A stretch of 64,000 bases of DNA from Candidatus Nomurabacteria bacterium RIFCSPHIGHO2_12_FULL_42_19 (lineage in GTDB: Bacteria > Patescibacteriota > Minisyncoccia > Phycocordibacterales > UBA9973), in the NCBI GenBank assembly GCA_001786955.1, contig MFUM01000005.1, forward strand, positions 24,645 to 88,644, read 5' to 3'. Below the pieces are notes generated by a model. It was not told the DNA's origin. It did not search any database and saw nothing but the letters and a program-made list of their open reading frames with translations. The translations under genes were made by a program, and so were the position numbers. The stretch's first letter is position 1. Every line of letters begins with the position of its first letter. Of the stretch, positions 37,842-47,316 are shown piece by piece.

Positions 37842-38702
37842 ATGAAAATAAAAATCTTATACGAAGATTCTAATATTTTGGCCATAGACAAACCATCTAG
37901 TGTTTCTGTGCATAACGACGGGCGGAGTCGTGATGAGACAATCGCTGACTGGGTGCTTAAAAATTATCCAAAAATGAAAAATGTCGGCGAGGATGAAATC
38001 TATGAAAATAAAAAGATAAAAACAGAAATAAAAAAGCCGGGAATCGTGCACAGGTTAGACCGCGAGACTTCCGGTGTTTTACTTTTGGCGAAAAATCAAA
38101 AAGCGTATGAATTTTTAAAAAACCAATTCTCCGCCCCCGCTCTTGGATTAAAAACTGGGAGCGGGTTGGCGGACAGGCAAGATAGAATCAATAAAACCTA
38201 CGTTGCGATAGTTAATGGTTGGGTGAAAAACGATCGCGGAGTAATCAACAAGCCGATTGGCCGAAGCCCCAAAGATTTCCGCCGCCACCTTGCCGGCCGT
38301 GGCGCAAGGGGGGAATTGCGGGAAGCAATTACGGAATATAGAGTTTTAAAAAGGTTTGAGGCAAAAACGGAACCTCAGAGAATTTCTTCGTCGCGTAAGT
38401 CCCACCCGGTACTCCGGGAAGGGTCAAGCGCGAAGAAATTGCCTGAGGTGGAGTCAAAATTTACTTATCTGGAAATAAAACCCAAAACCGGCCGAACGCA
38501 TCAAATCCGGGTGCATATGAAATTTTTAAATCATCCTGTGGTCTGCGATTCACTTTACAATCCTAACGGTCCTTGCCTCAAAAGCATAAAACATTTAGCC
38601 CTGCATGCTAAATCTATAGAATTCAAAAATTTAAAAGGGAATATGGTAAAAATCGAATCACCTTTACCGAGAGAATTTAAAGAAATAACGAATTGCCTTT
38701 AG
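37842..38702 (+). CDS. RluA/RluD-family pseudouridine synthase with two palindromic in-frame insertions
   Basis: DKPS, IVHRLDRETSG, TGRTHQIRVH, LHA. Confidence 0.93.
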   Translation: MKIKILYEDSNILAIDKPSSVSVHNDGRSRDETIADWVLKNYPKMKNVGEDEIYENKKIKTEIKKPGIVHRLDRETSGVLLLAKNQKAYEFLKNQFSAPALGLKTGSGLADRQDRINKTYVAIVNGWVKNDRGVINKPIGRSPKDFRRHLAGRGARGELREAITEYRVLKRFEAKTEPQRISSSRKSHPVLREGSSAKKLPEVESKFTYLEIKPKTGRTHQIRVHMKFLNHPVVCDSLYNPNGPCLKSIKHLALHAKSIEFKNLKGNMVKIESPLPREFKEITNCL

Positions 38703-38730
38703 AAATATTTCATGTTAAAGTGTTTTAGTC

Positions 38731-39162
38731 ATGACAGGAAACAAAATCAATAAAATAAAATTTAGCCCGGTAGATATTGAAGAACGCAAGAAACTTGACT
38801 TCAAGGCAGGAGACACCATTTCCGTCTCTTCAAAAATTCTGGACGAAAAAGGTCCTGCCAAGGACGGGGCAAACAAATACCGCTTGCAGACTTTTGAGGG
38901 CATCGTGCTTGCCAGGAAGCACGGCACGGAAGCGGGAGCCACTTTTACCGTCAGGAAAATCGCTTCCGGAGTCGGAGTTGAAAGAATTTTTCCGCTTTAT
39001 TCTCCAATGGTAGATAAAATTGAAATAACTAAAAAATCCCGCGCCCGCCGGTCAAAACTTTACTATATCCGCACCAAAGCCGTTAAAGACGTTCGCAGCA
39101 AGATGCGTTCGGTTGCTAATCAGGAAGAAGAGGCAGAGACTACAGAAAAAGTTGCAGAATAA
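38731..39162 (+). CDS. rplS: 50S ribosomal protein L19
   Basis: GDTI.V, RLQTFEG, TFTVRKIASGVGVERIFP, RRSKLYYIR. Confidence 0.97.
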   Translation: MTGNKINKIKFSPVDIEERKKLDFKAGDTISVSSKILDEKGPAKDGANKYRLQTFEGIVLARKHGTEAGATFTVRKIASGVGVERIFPLYSPMVDKIEITKKSRARRSKLYYIRTKAVKDVRSKMRSVANQEEEAETTEKVAE

Positions 39163-39190
39163 TTTTTTAATTTTGGTATACTTCCAATAT

Positions 39191-39274
39191 GCGCGAGTGG
39201 CGAAACTGGTAGACGTACTACCTTGAGGTGGTAGCGCCCGCAAGGGCATGGGAGTTCAAATCTCCCCTCGCGCA
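39191..39274 (+). tRNA. tRNA-Leu(GAG)
   Basis: GCGCGAG/CTCGCGC, CTACC TTGAGGT GGTAG, variable arm GCCCGCAAGGGC. Confidence 0.94.
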
Positions 39275-39277
39275 CAT

Positions 39278-39350
39278 GGTGCCTATGGTGTAATGGTTAG
39301 CACTAGAGCTTGTGGAGCTCTTAGTCAGGGTTCGAATCCCTGTAGGCACC
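39278..39350 (+). tRNA. tRNA-His(GUG)
   Basis: Encoded G-1, GTGCCTA/TAGGCAC, AGAGC TTGTGGA GCTCT, C73. Confidence 0.94.
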
Positions 39351-39353
39351 CAG

Positions 39354-39743
39354 TTATTTTTTTTCTATATCTTGGTCAATATGCTCCAATTTCTTTTCTA
39401 CCCTATTTAGAATATTTTGTAAATTTTTTAATTGAGTTTCTTCTGTTTGTATTTCGCTTTCTTCTTTTTCTGTAAGTTTTTTTTCACCAATAAGTCCGGA
39501 AATAATAAGCTTTTTTCCGATAAATTCTGAAACAAACACACCAGTCATTAAAAGAATTACAGTTCCGATAATAAAAGATATACCACTTTCTAAATTTATA
39601 TCATCGGCCAGATGCCAGACTCCGCGCCAAAATAACACGATTCCAACGCCCCCTATAAATGCATAAAGAATAGGGTAATGGCTCAGTTTTCCCCTTATTT
39701 TATCTTCTATTTTATCAAAAAATCTCACAATCTTTTTAATCAT
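39354..39743 (-). CDS. Hypothetical membrane protein
   Basis: G.VLFWRGVW...D, two TM helices, coiled-coil tail. Confidence 0.75.
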   Translation of the reverse strand: MIKKIVRFFDKIEDKIRGKLSHYPILYAFIGGVGIVLFWRGVWHLADDINLESGISFIIGTVILLMTGVFVSEFIGKKLIISGLIGEKKLTEKEESEIQTEETQLKNLQNILNRVEKKLEHIDQDIEKK

Positions 39744-39824
39744 TATCTAATAATACACTAATATAATGATTATTTCTATATTAATTGTTATAATTGATTA
39801 TTATTATTAATAATTACACCTGTT

Positions 39825-40193
39825 ATGAATATGGCAAATGAAAAAAAACTTGAGTGGATTTTAAGAATTGGCGTAGCTGGCGAGTTTTTAGGTCACGGCG
39901 TCTTTGCTGTTTTAGGCAAAGCTGACTGGATAAAATGGACCGAGCAATTGACTGGACTTGATACAGCCACTGCCACTACATTTATGCTTGTGGTGGGGAT
40001 AGTAGACATTTTATTGGCAATTTTAGTACTGGTCAAACCAATGAAGCCTATTTTATTGTGGATGGCTTTTTGGGGTTTTTGGACCGCCCTTGTCAGGCCG
40101 ATAGTAGGTTTACCAATCTGGGATTTCATAGAGCGTTTCGCAAACTGGGCAGCGCCGTTGGCTTTATATTATTTTTATAAATCTGAAAAATAA
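39825..40193 (+). CDS. DoxX-like membrane protein
   Basis: LRIG....F.GHG, several TM helices, ERFANW. Confidence 0.65.
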   Translation: MNMANEKKLEWILRIGVAGEFLGHGVFAVLGKADWIKWTEQLTGLDTATATTFMLVVGIVDILLAILVLVKPMKPILLWMAFWGFWTALVRPIVGLPIWDFIERFANWAAPLALYYFYKSEK

Positions 40194-40227
40194 AAATATT
40201 ATTTGGAATAATAAAAATCTTGCAAAA

Positions 40228-40749
40228 GTGCTTGAACAAAACGGCGTTGTGGTAATGCCGACGGATACTTTATATGGGATTGTGGGAAGAGCTCAGAATA
40301 TATCCGTTGTTGAGCGGATTTATAAGATGCGCAAACGTGCGTCCGACAAGCCGTGCATAGTATTAATTGGAGATATAAATGAAACAAAAAAATTTTCTGT
40401 GAATCTTTCGGAAGAGCAAAAAAACGTTATCAAAAATTGTATTGTTTCCACGAGTATTATTTTAGATTGTCCCGATAATTCTTTTGCCTATCTGCATCGC
40501 GGGACGAAAACCCTTGCATTTCGTATTCCATTAAATCAAGACCTGCAAAATTTCCTATTAAAAACCGGTCCGCTAATTGCGCCATCGGCGAATCCGGAAG
40601 GATTGCCTCCGGCAAAAAATATTGCGGAAGCGAAGAAATATTTTGGCAATATGGTTGATTTGTATTTGAATGGAGGAGAGATTGTAGGCAAGGCATCTAA
40701 AGTTATTAAATTACATAAAGACGGTTCTGTTTCTATAATTAGGGAGTGA
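40228..40749 (+). CDS. tsaC: Threonylcarbamoyl-AMP synthase (TsaC/YrdC); true start may lie slightly upstream
   Basis: PTDTLYG, K.R..DKP, AFRIP, PSANPEG, ASKVI. Confidence 0.9.
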   Translation: MLEQNGVVVMPTDTLYGIVGRAQNISVVERIYKMRKRASDKPCIVLIGDINETKKFSVNLSEEQKNVIKNCIVSTSIILDCPDNSFAYLHRGTKTLAFRIPLNQDLQNFLLKTGPLIAPSANPEGLPPAKNIAEAKKYFGNMVDLYLNGGEIVGKASKVIKLHKDGSVSIIRE

Positions 40750-40824
40750 GTGAGAAATAATAAATTTATTTAAATATTGCGAGCGAGCGATGTAATTATA
40801 TTGTATTCGTTATATACTTAGAGA

Positions 40825-42195
40825 ATGAGAAAGAGCGTTTGGGAGAAATTTTTTAGCGCACCGGCAGAGATATTGGAAAAAAGCGTGGAGGTCGGACGCG
40901 AATTAGGGCATGATATTGCGGAAGAAAAACCCGTAAAAGCGGCGGCGGAATACTGGAAAACCCTGGGTCCGGGGCTTGTTACCGGCGCCGCGGACGACGA
41001 TCCGTCCGGTATTGCCACTTATTCCCAAATGGGTGCTTCGCAAGGTTTTGGTCTTATTTGGCTGTCTCTTTTCTCTTTTCCCTTGATGGGAGTTGTGCAA
41101 GAAATGTGCGCCCGCATCGGGCTTGTTACCGGTGTCGGCCTGGCTGCGAATATCAGGAAGCATTATTCAAGAAAAATTCTTTATCTATGCACGGCGCTTT
41201 TGCTTTTTGCCAATGTTTTTAATATTGGAGCAGACCTGGGAGCGATGGCCAAGGGTACCCAGCTGATATTTCCCGCTGTTCCTTTCGCTTTTTTAATTTT
41301 TCTTTTTGCGGGGTTTTCTTTGTTTCTTCAGATTTTTATTTCTTATAAAAGATATGCTAAATATCTAAAATATCTCACATTTGTCCTTTTTGCCTATGTA
41401 ATTTCAACTTTTTCCGTGAAAATAAATTGGATGGAAGTATTGCGGAATACGGTAATACCGAGTCTTTATTTTTCCAAAGACGCGATAATCCTTGTTTGCG
41501 CGGCTTTGGGCACGACCATCAGCCCGTATTTATTTTTCTGGCAATCTTCGCAGGAAGTTGAAGAAGAAATTTTAAAAGGAGAAAAGACCGAAGAAATGCG
41601 CCGCGCCAATAACAGCCAGGAAGATATCCGCAAAATGCGCACCGATGTCTGGTCCGGCATGTTCGTTTCAAACCTGATAATGTTTTTCATTATTGCCGCT
41701 TGCGCGGCGACGCTTTTTGCGAACGGAATCACCAATATCGCGACGGCCTCCGATGCCGCTATCGCTCTTCGTCCGTTTGCCGGAGATTTCGCTTTCGCGC
41801 TTTTTGCCCTGGGAATTTTGGGCACCGGGCTTCTAGCCATTCCCGTGCTTGCGGGTTCGGCATCTTACGCTATTTCCGAATCCTTCGGCTGGAAGACCGG
41901 GCTTTACAGGAAATTGAAACAAGCGACTTCTTTTTACGGAGTCATCATTGTCGCGATGGCGCTCGGCATAATTTTGAATTTTGTCGGTCTTGATCCGATT
42001 AAGGCGTTAATTTACTCGGCGGTGCTGAACGGCATCATTTCTCCATTTATGATTTTTCTCATCATTCGCCTGAGCGGGGATGAGAGCGTGATGGGCAGTT
42101 TTAAAAATAAGAGAGCCGGCAACATTTTCGGATGGCTGACTTTTATTTTGATTTCCCTGGTCGGGATTGGGACGGTTGCCGCTTTACTCCTATGA
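40825..42195 (+). CDS. NRAMP-family divalent metal transporter
   Basis: GPGLVTGAADDDPSGIATYS, GTTISPYLFFWQ. Confidence 0.92.
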   Translation: MRKSVWEKFFSAPAEILEKSVEVGRELGHDIAEEKPVKAAAEYWKTLGPGLVTGAADDDPSGIATYSQMGASQGFGLIWLSLFSFPLMGVVQEMCARIGLVTGVGLAANIRKHYSRKILYLCTALLLFANVFNIGADLGAMAKGTQLIFPAVPFAFLIFLFAGFSLFLQIFISYKRYAKYLKYLTFVLFAYVISTFSVKINWMEVLRNTVIPSLYFSKDAIILVCAALGTTISPYLFFWQSSQEVEEEILKGEKTEEMRRANNSQEDIRKMRTDVWSGMFVSNLIMFFIIAACAATLFANGITNIATASDAAIALRPFAGDFAFALFALGILGTGLLAIPVLAGSASYAISESFGWKTGLYRKLKQATSFYGVIIVAMALGIILNFVGLDPIKALIYSAVLNGIISPFMIFLIIRLSGDESVMGSFKNKRAGNIFGWLTFILISLVGIGTVAALLL

Positions 42196-43205
42196 AAATC
42201 GAGAAAAATTACAATTTATCCAAACTGAACACTTTCGGCATTTCGGCTCGGGCGAAGTTTTTTGTGGAAATCCACAGCGAAGATGAACTACAGGAGCTTT
42301 TTGTCCTGTCTGAATTTAAAAATAATCAAAAAATATTTCTTGGCGGGGGGAGTAATATTCTTTTTACTGAAGATTTTAACGGTATTATTGTTTTAAATAA
42401 GCTGAAAGGCATGGAAATTCTTAACGAAGATGCCGAGTCTATTGTAATTCGCTCAATGAGCGGAGAAAATTGGCACGATTTAGTAGTTTTTACCGTCCGG
42501 CGCGGGTATTGGGGCATAGAAAATTTATCGCTTATTCCGGGGACAGTTGGCGCTGCGCCAATGCAGAATATCGGGGCGTATGGAGCCGAACTTAAAAATG
42601 TTTTAGAAAATGTTGAAACTTTTGATACCGCGACAGGAATTAAAAGAATTTTCAGCCGAGAGGAATGCAAATTGGGATATCGGGATAGTATTTTTAAAAA
42701 TGAGCTGAAAGACAAGTATTTTATTTCAGCCATAACTTTGAAATTAAGCAAGATAGGAGAAAAAAATACCAGCTATAAAGCATTGCAAGAACATCTGGAA
42801 AAAAATAAAATTGAAGTTAAAAATCCGAAAGACATAAGTGACGCCGTAATATTTATACGCCAAAGCAAGCTGCCGGATCCGAAGGTTATAGGCAATGCCG
42901 GAAGTTTTTTTAAAAATGTTTTCGTGAAAAAAGAACAATTGCAAAAATTGCGGGCAGATTATCCCGATATGCCATATTTTGAGGAAGACGGAGTAAATAA
43001 AATCCCTGCCGGGTGGCTGATTGAACAGTGCGGATGGAAAGGGCGCAGAGTCGGCAACGTCGGCGTGCATGACAAACAAGCGCTGGTTTTGGTTAATCAC
43101 GGTGGCGCGACCGGCACAGAACTTGTAAAATTGGCAAAAAAAATAATCATATCCGTTAAAGAAAAATTCGGCCTTGAATTGGTCCCGGAAGTCAATTTGA
43201 TTTAA
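42192..43205 (+). CDS. murB: UDP-N-acetylenolpyruvoylglucosamine reductase
   Basis: GGGSN, IPGTVGAAPMQNIGAYG, YRDS.FK, GNAGSFFKN, LVPEV. Confidence 0.96.
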   Translation: MKIEKNYNLSKLNTFGISARAKFFVEIHSEDELQELFVLSEFKNNQKIFLGGGSNILFTEDFNGIIVLNKLKGMEILNEDAESIVIRSMSGENWHDLVVFTVRRGYWGIENLSLIPGTVGAAPMQNIGAYGAELKNVLENVETFDTATGIKRIFSREECKLGYRDSIFKNELKDKYFISAITLKLSKIGEKNTSYKALQEHLEKNKIEVKNPKDISDAVIFIRQSKLPDPKVIGNAGSFFKNVFVKKEQLQKLRADYPDMPYFEEDGVNKIPAGWLIEQCGWKGRRVGNVGVHDKQALVLVNHGGATGTELVKLAKKIIISVKEKFGLELVPEVNLI

Positions 43206-43256
43206 TTTTTTTGGGGTGTATAATTAAATTATTAAAAACCTAAATATTTTTAAGCC

Positions 43257-43763
43257 ATGGAAAAGAAAAATATAAATGTAATTTTAGCTATCATAATTTG
43301 CCTAGCGGTGGCAGGAACTTTAATCTTTATCAGTATAAATAATAAAGTAAATAATACAAATATGCCTTTAAATGATAATACAAACAATATGATACCAAAT
43401 AATACTGTGGACAATACACCTGCATCCGTAAATCCGACTCTGGCAGGAGAGATAGCGAAAACAGGCCTGCCTGCGCAGGCAGGGGACACGGTTTCCATGA
43501 ATTACACCGGACGCTTGGAAAACGGGACGGTTTTTGATTCAAATGTGGACCCAAAATTCAACCATGTAGAGCCGTTTGAATTTACTTTAGGCGCCGGACA
43601 AGTAATTGCCGGCTGGGATAAAGGGATAGTCGGAATGAAAATCGGCGAAAAGAAAACTCTTACGATACCGCCGGCGGATGGATACGGAGCAAATGGACAA
43701 GGACCGATTCCCCCGAATTCAACTCTCATTTTTGAAGTCGAATTATTAGCAATTAAAAAATAG
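43257..43763 (+). CDS. FKBP-type peptidyl-prolyl isomerase with N-terminal TM
   Basis: YTGRL.NGTVFDS, VIAGWD.G, IPP..GYG, IPPNSTLIFEVEL. Confidence 0.95.
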   Translation: MEKKNINVILAIIICLAVAGTLIFISINNKVNNTNMPLNDNTNNMIPNNTVDNTPASVNPTLAGEIAKTGLPAQAGDTVSMNYTGRLENGTVFDSNVDPKFNHVEPFEFTLGAGQVIAGWDKGIVGMKIGEKKTLTIPPADGYGANGQGPIPPNSTLIFEVELLAIKK

Positions 43764-43767
43764 ACAT

Positions 43768-44589
43768 ATGGAAACACTGGATGATTATAAAAAGAAAATA
43801 TTCAAAGTGCTATTTGTTTTATTAATTATTTTATCAGCCTATTTTGCTGTTAAAATATTTTCGGAAATAAAGAAAGACAGCATGCTGGGGCAGAGCCTAG
43901 AGCCGGCAACTATTTCATTCTCCGGCCATGGAGAAGTTACGGCTGTTCCGGATATTGCAAATATTTATTTTACGATTAGTAAAGACGACAAAACTGTCAA
44001 AGACGCCCAGGTCGGCGTAGTGGTTATAGAAAAAAAAGCTCTGGATATTTTAAAAGCAAAAGGCGTAGCTGATAAAGATATCAAAACTGCGAATGCTTCT
44101 TTCAATCCTAAATATGAATATAAGCAAGCCATATGCCCGGCAGGGGGAGCCGAAATGACGGGGCCAGCTTATTATTGTCCTCCCGGCAGACAAGTTGTCG
44201 TTGGTTACACGGCTAGCGAAAGCATTACCGTTAAAATAAGAAATACGGATGATGTTGGTGCAATTATGCAGGAACTTGGCATGTCTGGCGTTTCAAATTT
44301 GAGCGGCCCGAACTTTGCGATAGACAATGAAGATGGATTGAAAGCGGAAGCCAGGAAAAAAGCAATTGACGACGCAAAAGCCAAGGCGAAAATTTTAGCC
44401 AAAGATTTAGGGGTGCGTTTAGTTAAAATTACTTCTTTCAGCGAGTCTGGGAATTACCCCATAATGTATGCCAAGACCGCTATGATGGATTCTGCCGCAG
44501 GTGGAACTCCAGCTCCAGCGGTAATTCCTAAAGGAGAGAACACAATTAGCTCAGATATAACGATAACTTACGAGATAAGGCAAGATTGA
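43768..44589 (+). CDS. SIMPL (DUF541) domain protein
   Basis: G.GEV.A.PDIA, DIKT, AR..AI.DA..KA..LA..LGV.L. Confidence 0.88.
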   Translation: METLDDYKKKIFKVLFVLLIILSAYFAVKIFSEIKKDSMLGQSLEPATISFSGHGEVTAVPDIANIYFTISKDDKTVKDAQVGVVVIEKKALDILKAKGVADKDIKTANASFNPKYEYKQAICPAGGAEMTGPAYYCPPGRQVVVGYTASESITVKIRNTDDVGAIMQELGMSGVSNLSGPNFAIDNEDGLKAEARKKAIDDAKAKAKILAKDLGVRLVKITSFSESGNYPIMYAKTAMMDSAAGGTPAPAVIPKGENTISSDITITYEIRQD

Positions 44590-44660
44590 CTATTTTTTAA
44601 AAAAGAGTATTATTAAAAAAGCCCTGAGAGGGGCTTTTTTAAGAGGATTAATTAAAAGAT

Positions 44661-44846
44661 ATGTCAAAAATTACCGAGTATTTTAAGGAAACAAAGACAG
44701 AACTAAAGCATGTGATTTGGCCTAGCCGAAATCAGACTTTTTACTACACTCTGATTGTCATTATTTTATCTGTTGTTATCGCGTATTATTTAGGTATTTT
44801 TGATTTTATTTTTTCAAAAGGCTTGGAAAAAATAATTTCTATTTAA
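44661..44846 (+). CDS. secE: Preprotein translocase subunit SecE
   Basis: ELKHVIWPS, TM, D..F; precedes nusG. Confidence 0.93.
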   Translation: MSKITEYFKETKTELKHVIWPSRNQTFYYTLIVIILSVVIAYYLGIFDFIFSKGLEKIISI

Positions 44847-44870
44847 GGTTTTTGGAATTCATTTAAATCT

Positions 44871-45416
44871 ATGTCCAAACAAGAAACACAAGCAGTCAGG
44901 AATTGGTATGCGATACACACTTATGCCGGATACGAAAACGTTGTTCTGCGCAATTTGAGACAGCGTATCGATTCTCTTGGCATGAATGACAAAATTTTTA
45001 ATGTCATTGTTCCGATTGAAAAAAAGATAAAAATCAAGGGCGGCAAAAGAGTGGAAGTGGAAGAAAAAATTTATCCGGGTTATGTCTTGGTGGATATGAT
45101 TGTGACGGATGATTCCTGGTATGTGGTCAGGAATACCCCCAGGGTTACCGGTTTCGTCGGCGCGGGCGTGAATCCCGTTCCGCTTAAAAAAGAAGAAGTT
45201 GATTATTTGTTTAAAAAGATGGATGCCGGTACCGCCAAGCACAACATTGATATGGCGGTCGGCGAAACTGTTTTGATTACCGACGGCCCGTTCAAAGATC
45301 TTGAGGGCAAGATAAATTCCGTAGACCAAGACCGAGGAAAAGTCAAAGTCCTTGTTTCGATGTTTGGCCGCGAAACCCCAGTTGAACTGGATTTCTTGCA
45401 AGTCCGCAAAATTTAA
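44871..45416 (+). CDS. nusG: Transcription elongation factor NusG
   Basis: WYAIHTYAGYE, PGYVLV, VRNTPRVTGFVG, KOW GPF, FGRETPVEL. Confidence 0.97.
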   Translation: MSKQETQAVRNWYAIHTYAGYENVVLRNLRQRIDSLGMNDKIFNVIVPIEKKIKIKGGKRVEVEEKIYPGYVLVDMIVTDDSWYVVRNTPRVTGFVGAGVNPVPLKKEEVDYLFKKMDAGTAKHNIDMAVGETVLITDGPFKDLEGKINSVDQDRGKVKVLVSMFGRETPVELDFLQVRKI

Positions 45417-45430
45417 TATAATGTAAAATT

Positions 45431-45853
45431 ATGGCAAAAAAGATAACCAAAAAAATAAAACTGCAAATCCAAGCCGCCAAGGCTACGCCGGCGCCTCCTT
45501 TGGGCCCCGCGCTCGGCCAGGCAGGTATTAATATTGGTGATTTTGTTACCAAGTTCAACGCTGCCACTCAAAAAATGGCAGGCGACAAGGTGTCTGTAAA
45601 TATTACTGTCTATGAAGACAGAAGTTATGATTTTGTCGTAAAAACTCCGCCTGTTTCCGGTCTGATTTTAAAAGCGGCCGGAGTGGAAAAAGGTTCAGGC
45701 AAAAATGTTGCTACCAAAGCTGGAAAAATAACTAAAAAACAAGCGCAAGAAATTGCCGAAAAGAAAATGCCTGACCTGAACGCCAAAGACATAGAAGGCG
45801 CTGTCCGCATCATTGCCGGCTCTGCCCGTTCAATGGGGATAGAAGTAAAATAA
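45431..45853 (+). CDS. rplK: 50S ribosomal protein L11
   Basis: [31 protein letters not shown]. Confidence 0.98.
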   Translation: MAKKITKKIKLQIQAAKATPAPPLGPALGQAGINIGDFVTKFNAATQKMAGDKVSVNITVYEDRSYDFVVKTPPVSGLILKAAGVEKGSGKNVATKAGKITKKQAQEIAEKKMPDLNAKDIEGAVRIIAGSARSMGIEVK

Positions 45854-45943
45854 TTTACTTCTATCGACCGGAGCCCGACGGGGCGAGGTGTGCCCAGGCA
45901 ATTTTTCAGCAGAAAAATATGTGTGGGTTGAAGTTAAATAATT
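45838..45943 (+). repeat. Multi-hairpin gene-end element (family with 2607-2706)
   Basis: GATAGAAGTAAA/TTTACTTCTATC hairpin over the rplK stop, GCCC-GACG-GGGC-GAGG, ATTTTTC-AGCA-GAAAAAT, then a near-copy of the rplK end (GAAGTTAAATAATT). Confidence 0.65.
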
Positions 45944-45956
45944 AATTATAAAGCAA

Positions 45957-46607
45957 ATGCAAACACTAACTGAGAGAGATTATAAGAAAATTCTCATTTG
46001 TTTAACCCTTTATATTACTTCTCTTTTTGCCGCCAACACGCTCGGAGTTAAATTGATGCCTTTTCTTTTCGGCACACATCTTTCGGTGGCAGTCTTTTCT
46101 TTTCCGATAGTTTTTATCATGACTGACGTAATCGGTGAAGTTTATGGCAAGAAAATGGCGAATAATTTCGTTATTGCCGGAATTATAAGTATTATTTTAT
46201 TTTTATTTTATTCTTTCGTTTCTACGATGGCGCCTTGGGCGCAAGATGGCCTCTGGGTTAAGGAGGGATACAATCAAATTTTCAGTCTTTCCGCCCGTTT
46301 TTCTATAGCCTCAGTCGTGGCTTTTATTATTGCCGAATATCAAGATGTTTTATCCTTTTTCTTTTTCAAGAAACATATTGGTGAAAAATATTTTTGGCTG
46401 CGTTCTAACCTCTCCAATATGTGGTCTCAGTTATTTGACACCATTATTTTCATGTCTATCGCTTTTATTGGCGTTTATCCTTTGCACACAATCTTGCTTA
46501 TCATTATTCCCTGGTGGCTTTATAAAGTGGTGATGGGAATTTTCTACACCCCTCTTTCATATCTAGGGATTCATATATTAAAAAAATATGGAAATAAAAG
46601 CATTTAG
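45957..46607 (+). CDS. VUT/YhhQ (COG1738) family transporter
   Basis: AN....K, FP..F..TD.I.EVYG, R...AS..AF, RS..SN..SQ..DT. Confidence 0.9.
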   Translation: MQTLTERDYKKILICLTLYITSLFAANTLGVKLMPFLFGTHLSVAVFSFPIVFIMTDVIGEVYGKKMANNFVIAGIISIILFLFYSFVSTMAPWAQDGLWVKEGYNQIFSLSARFSIASVVAFIIAEYQDVLSFFFFKKHIGEKYFWLRSNLSNMWSQLFDTIIFMSIAFIGVYPLHTILLIIIPWWLYKVVMGIFYTPLSYLGIHILKKYGNKSI

Positions 46608-47316
46608 AACATCCATTTTTCGCGAGAATGAAGACTTAACTGCGTTTATTTTTAAATACGTTAAAAACCCGAAAGAGAATTCTGTTTTAGTTATAACTTC
46701 TAAAATAATTGCTCTGGCGGAGGGGAGGACCGTTGAATACAAGAATCAATCTCAAAAAAATAAACTCATAAAAGAAGAGAGTGATTTTACTCTTAAAGCT
46801 AAACATAACTTATTTACCATTAAAGACGGCATGATTATGGCTTTTGCCGGCATAGATGAATCGAATGCAAAAGGCAAGCTCATTCTTTTACCCAAAGATA
46901 GTTTTCAGAGTGCGGAAATCTTGAGAAAAAAAATAATGCATAAATTCCATCTAAAAAATTTAGGGGTCCTGATAACCGATTCAGAATTTGTGCCGCTTCG
47001 TGTCGGAGCCTTAGGGGTAGCGCTTGGCTATGCCGGATTTGTCGGCACTAGAAATTACATAGGCGAAAAAGATATTTTTGGTAGAACATTAAAAATGTCC
47101 AAGACTAATGTTGCTGACAGTTTGGCAACATCTGCGGTACTTTGCATGGGGGAAGGGAAGGAGAGACAGCCACTGGCTTTGATAACCGGAGCGCCGGTAA
47201 TATTTACCAATAAAACAAAACGGAATGAATTAGTAATTAATCTAAAAGAGGATATTTATGCTCCGCTTTTTGCAAATTTAAAAACAATAAAAAGAAAAAA
47301 TGGCCAAAAGAAATAA
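46588..47316 (+). CDS. CofE-family gamma-glutamyl ligase (candidate alternative folylpolyglutamate synthase)
   Basis: VITSKII..AEG, AGIDESN, VLITDS, DIFGR.L......AD.LA......MGEG.E.QP. Confidence 0.85.
   Translation: MEIKAFRTSIFRENEDLTAFIFKYVKNPKENSVLVITSKIIALAEGRTVEYKNQSQKNKLIKEESDFTLKAKHNLFTIKDGMIMAFAGIDESNAKGKLILLPKDSFQSAEILRKKIMHKFHLKNLGVLITDSEFVPLRVGALGVALGYAGFVGTRNYIGEKDIFGRTLKMSKTNVADSLATSAVLCMGEGKERQPLALITGAPVIFTNKTKRNELVINLKEDIYAPLFANLKTIKRKNGQKK

Noticed and set aside
39248-39475. 75-aa ORF (and 39052-39249 on the minus strand)
   Set aside because: Overlaps tRNA-Leu/tRNA-His and neighbouring genes; spurious
44859-45401. Long antisense ORFs (180 aa opposite nusG; also 61524-62144, 56016-56486, 60191-60616)
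   Set aside because: Shadow frames of highly conserved genes with no recognisable motifs
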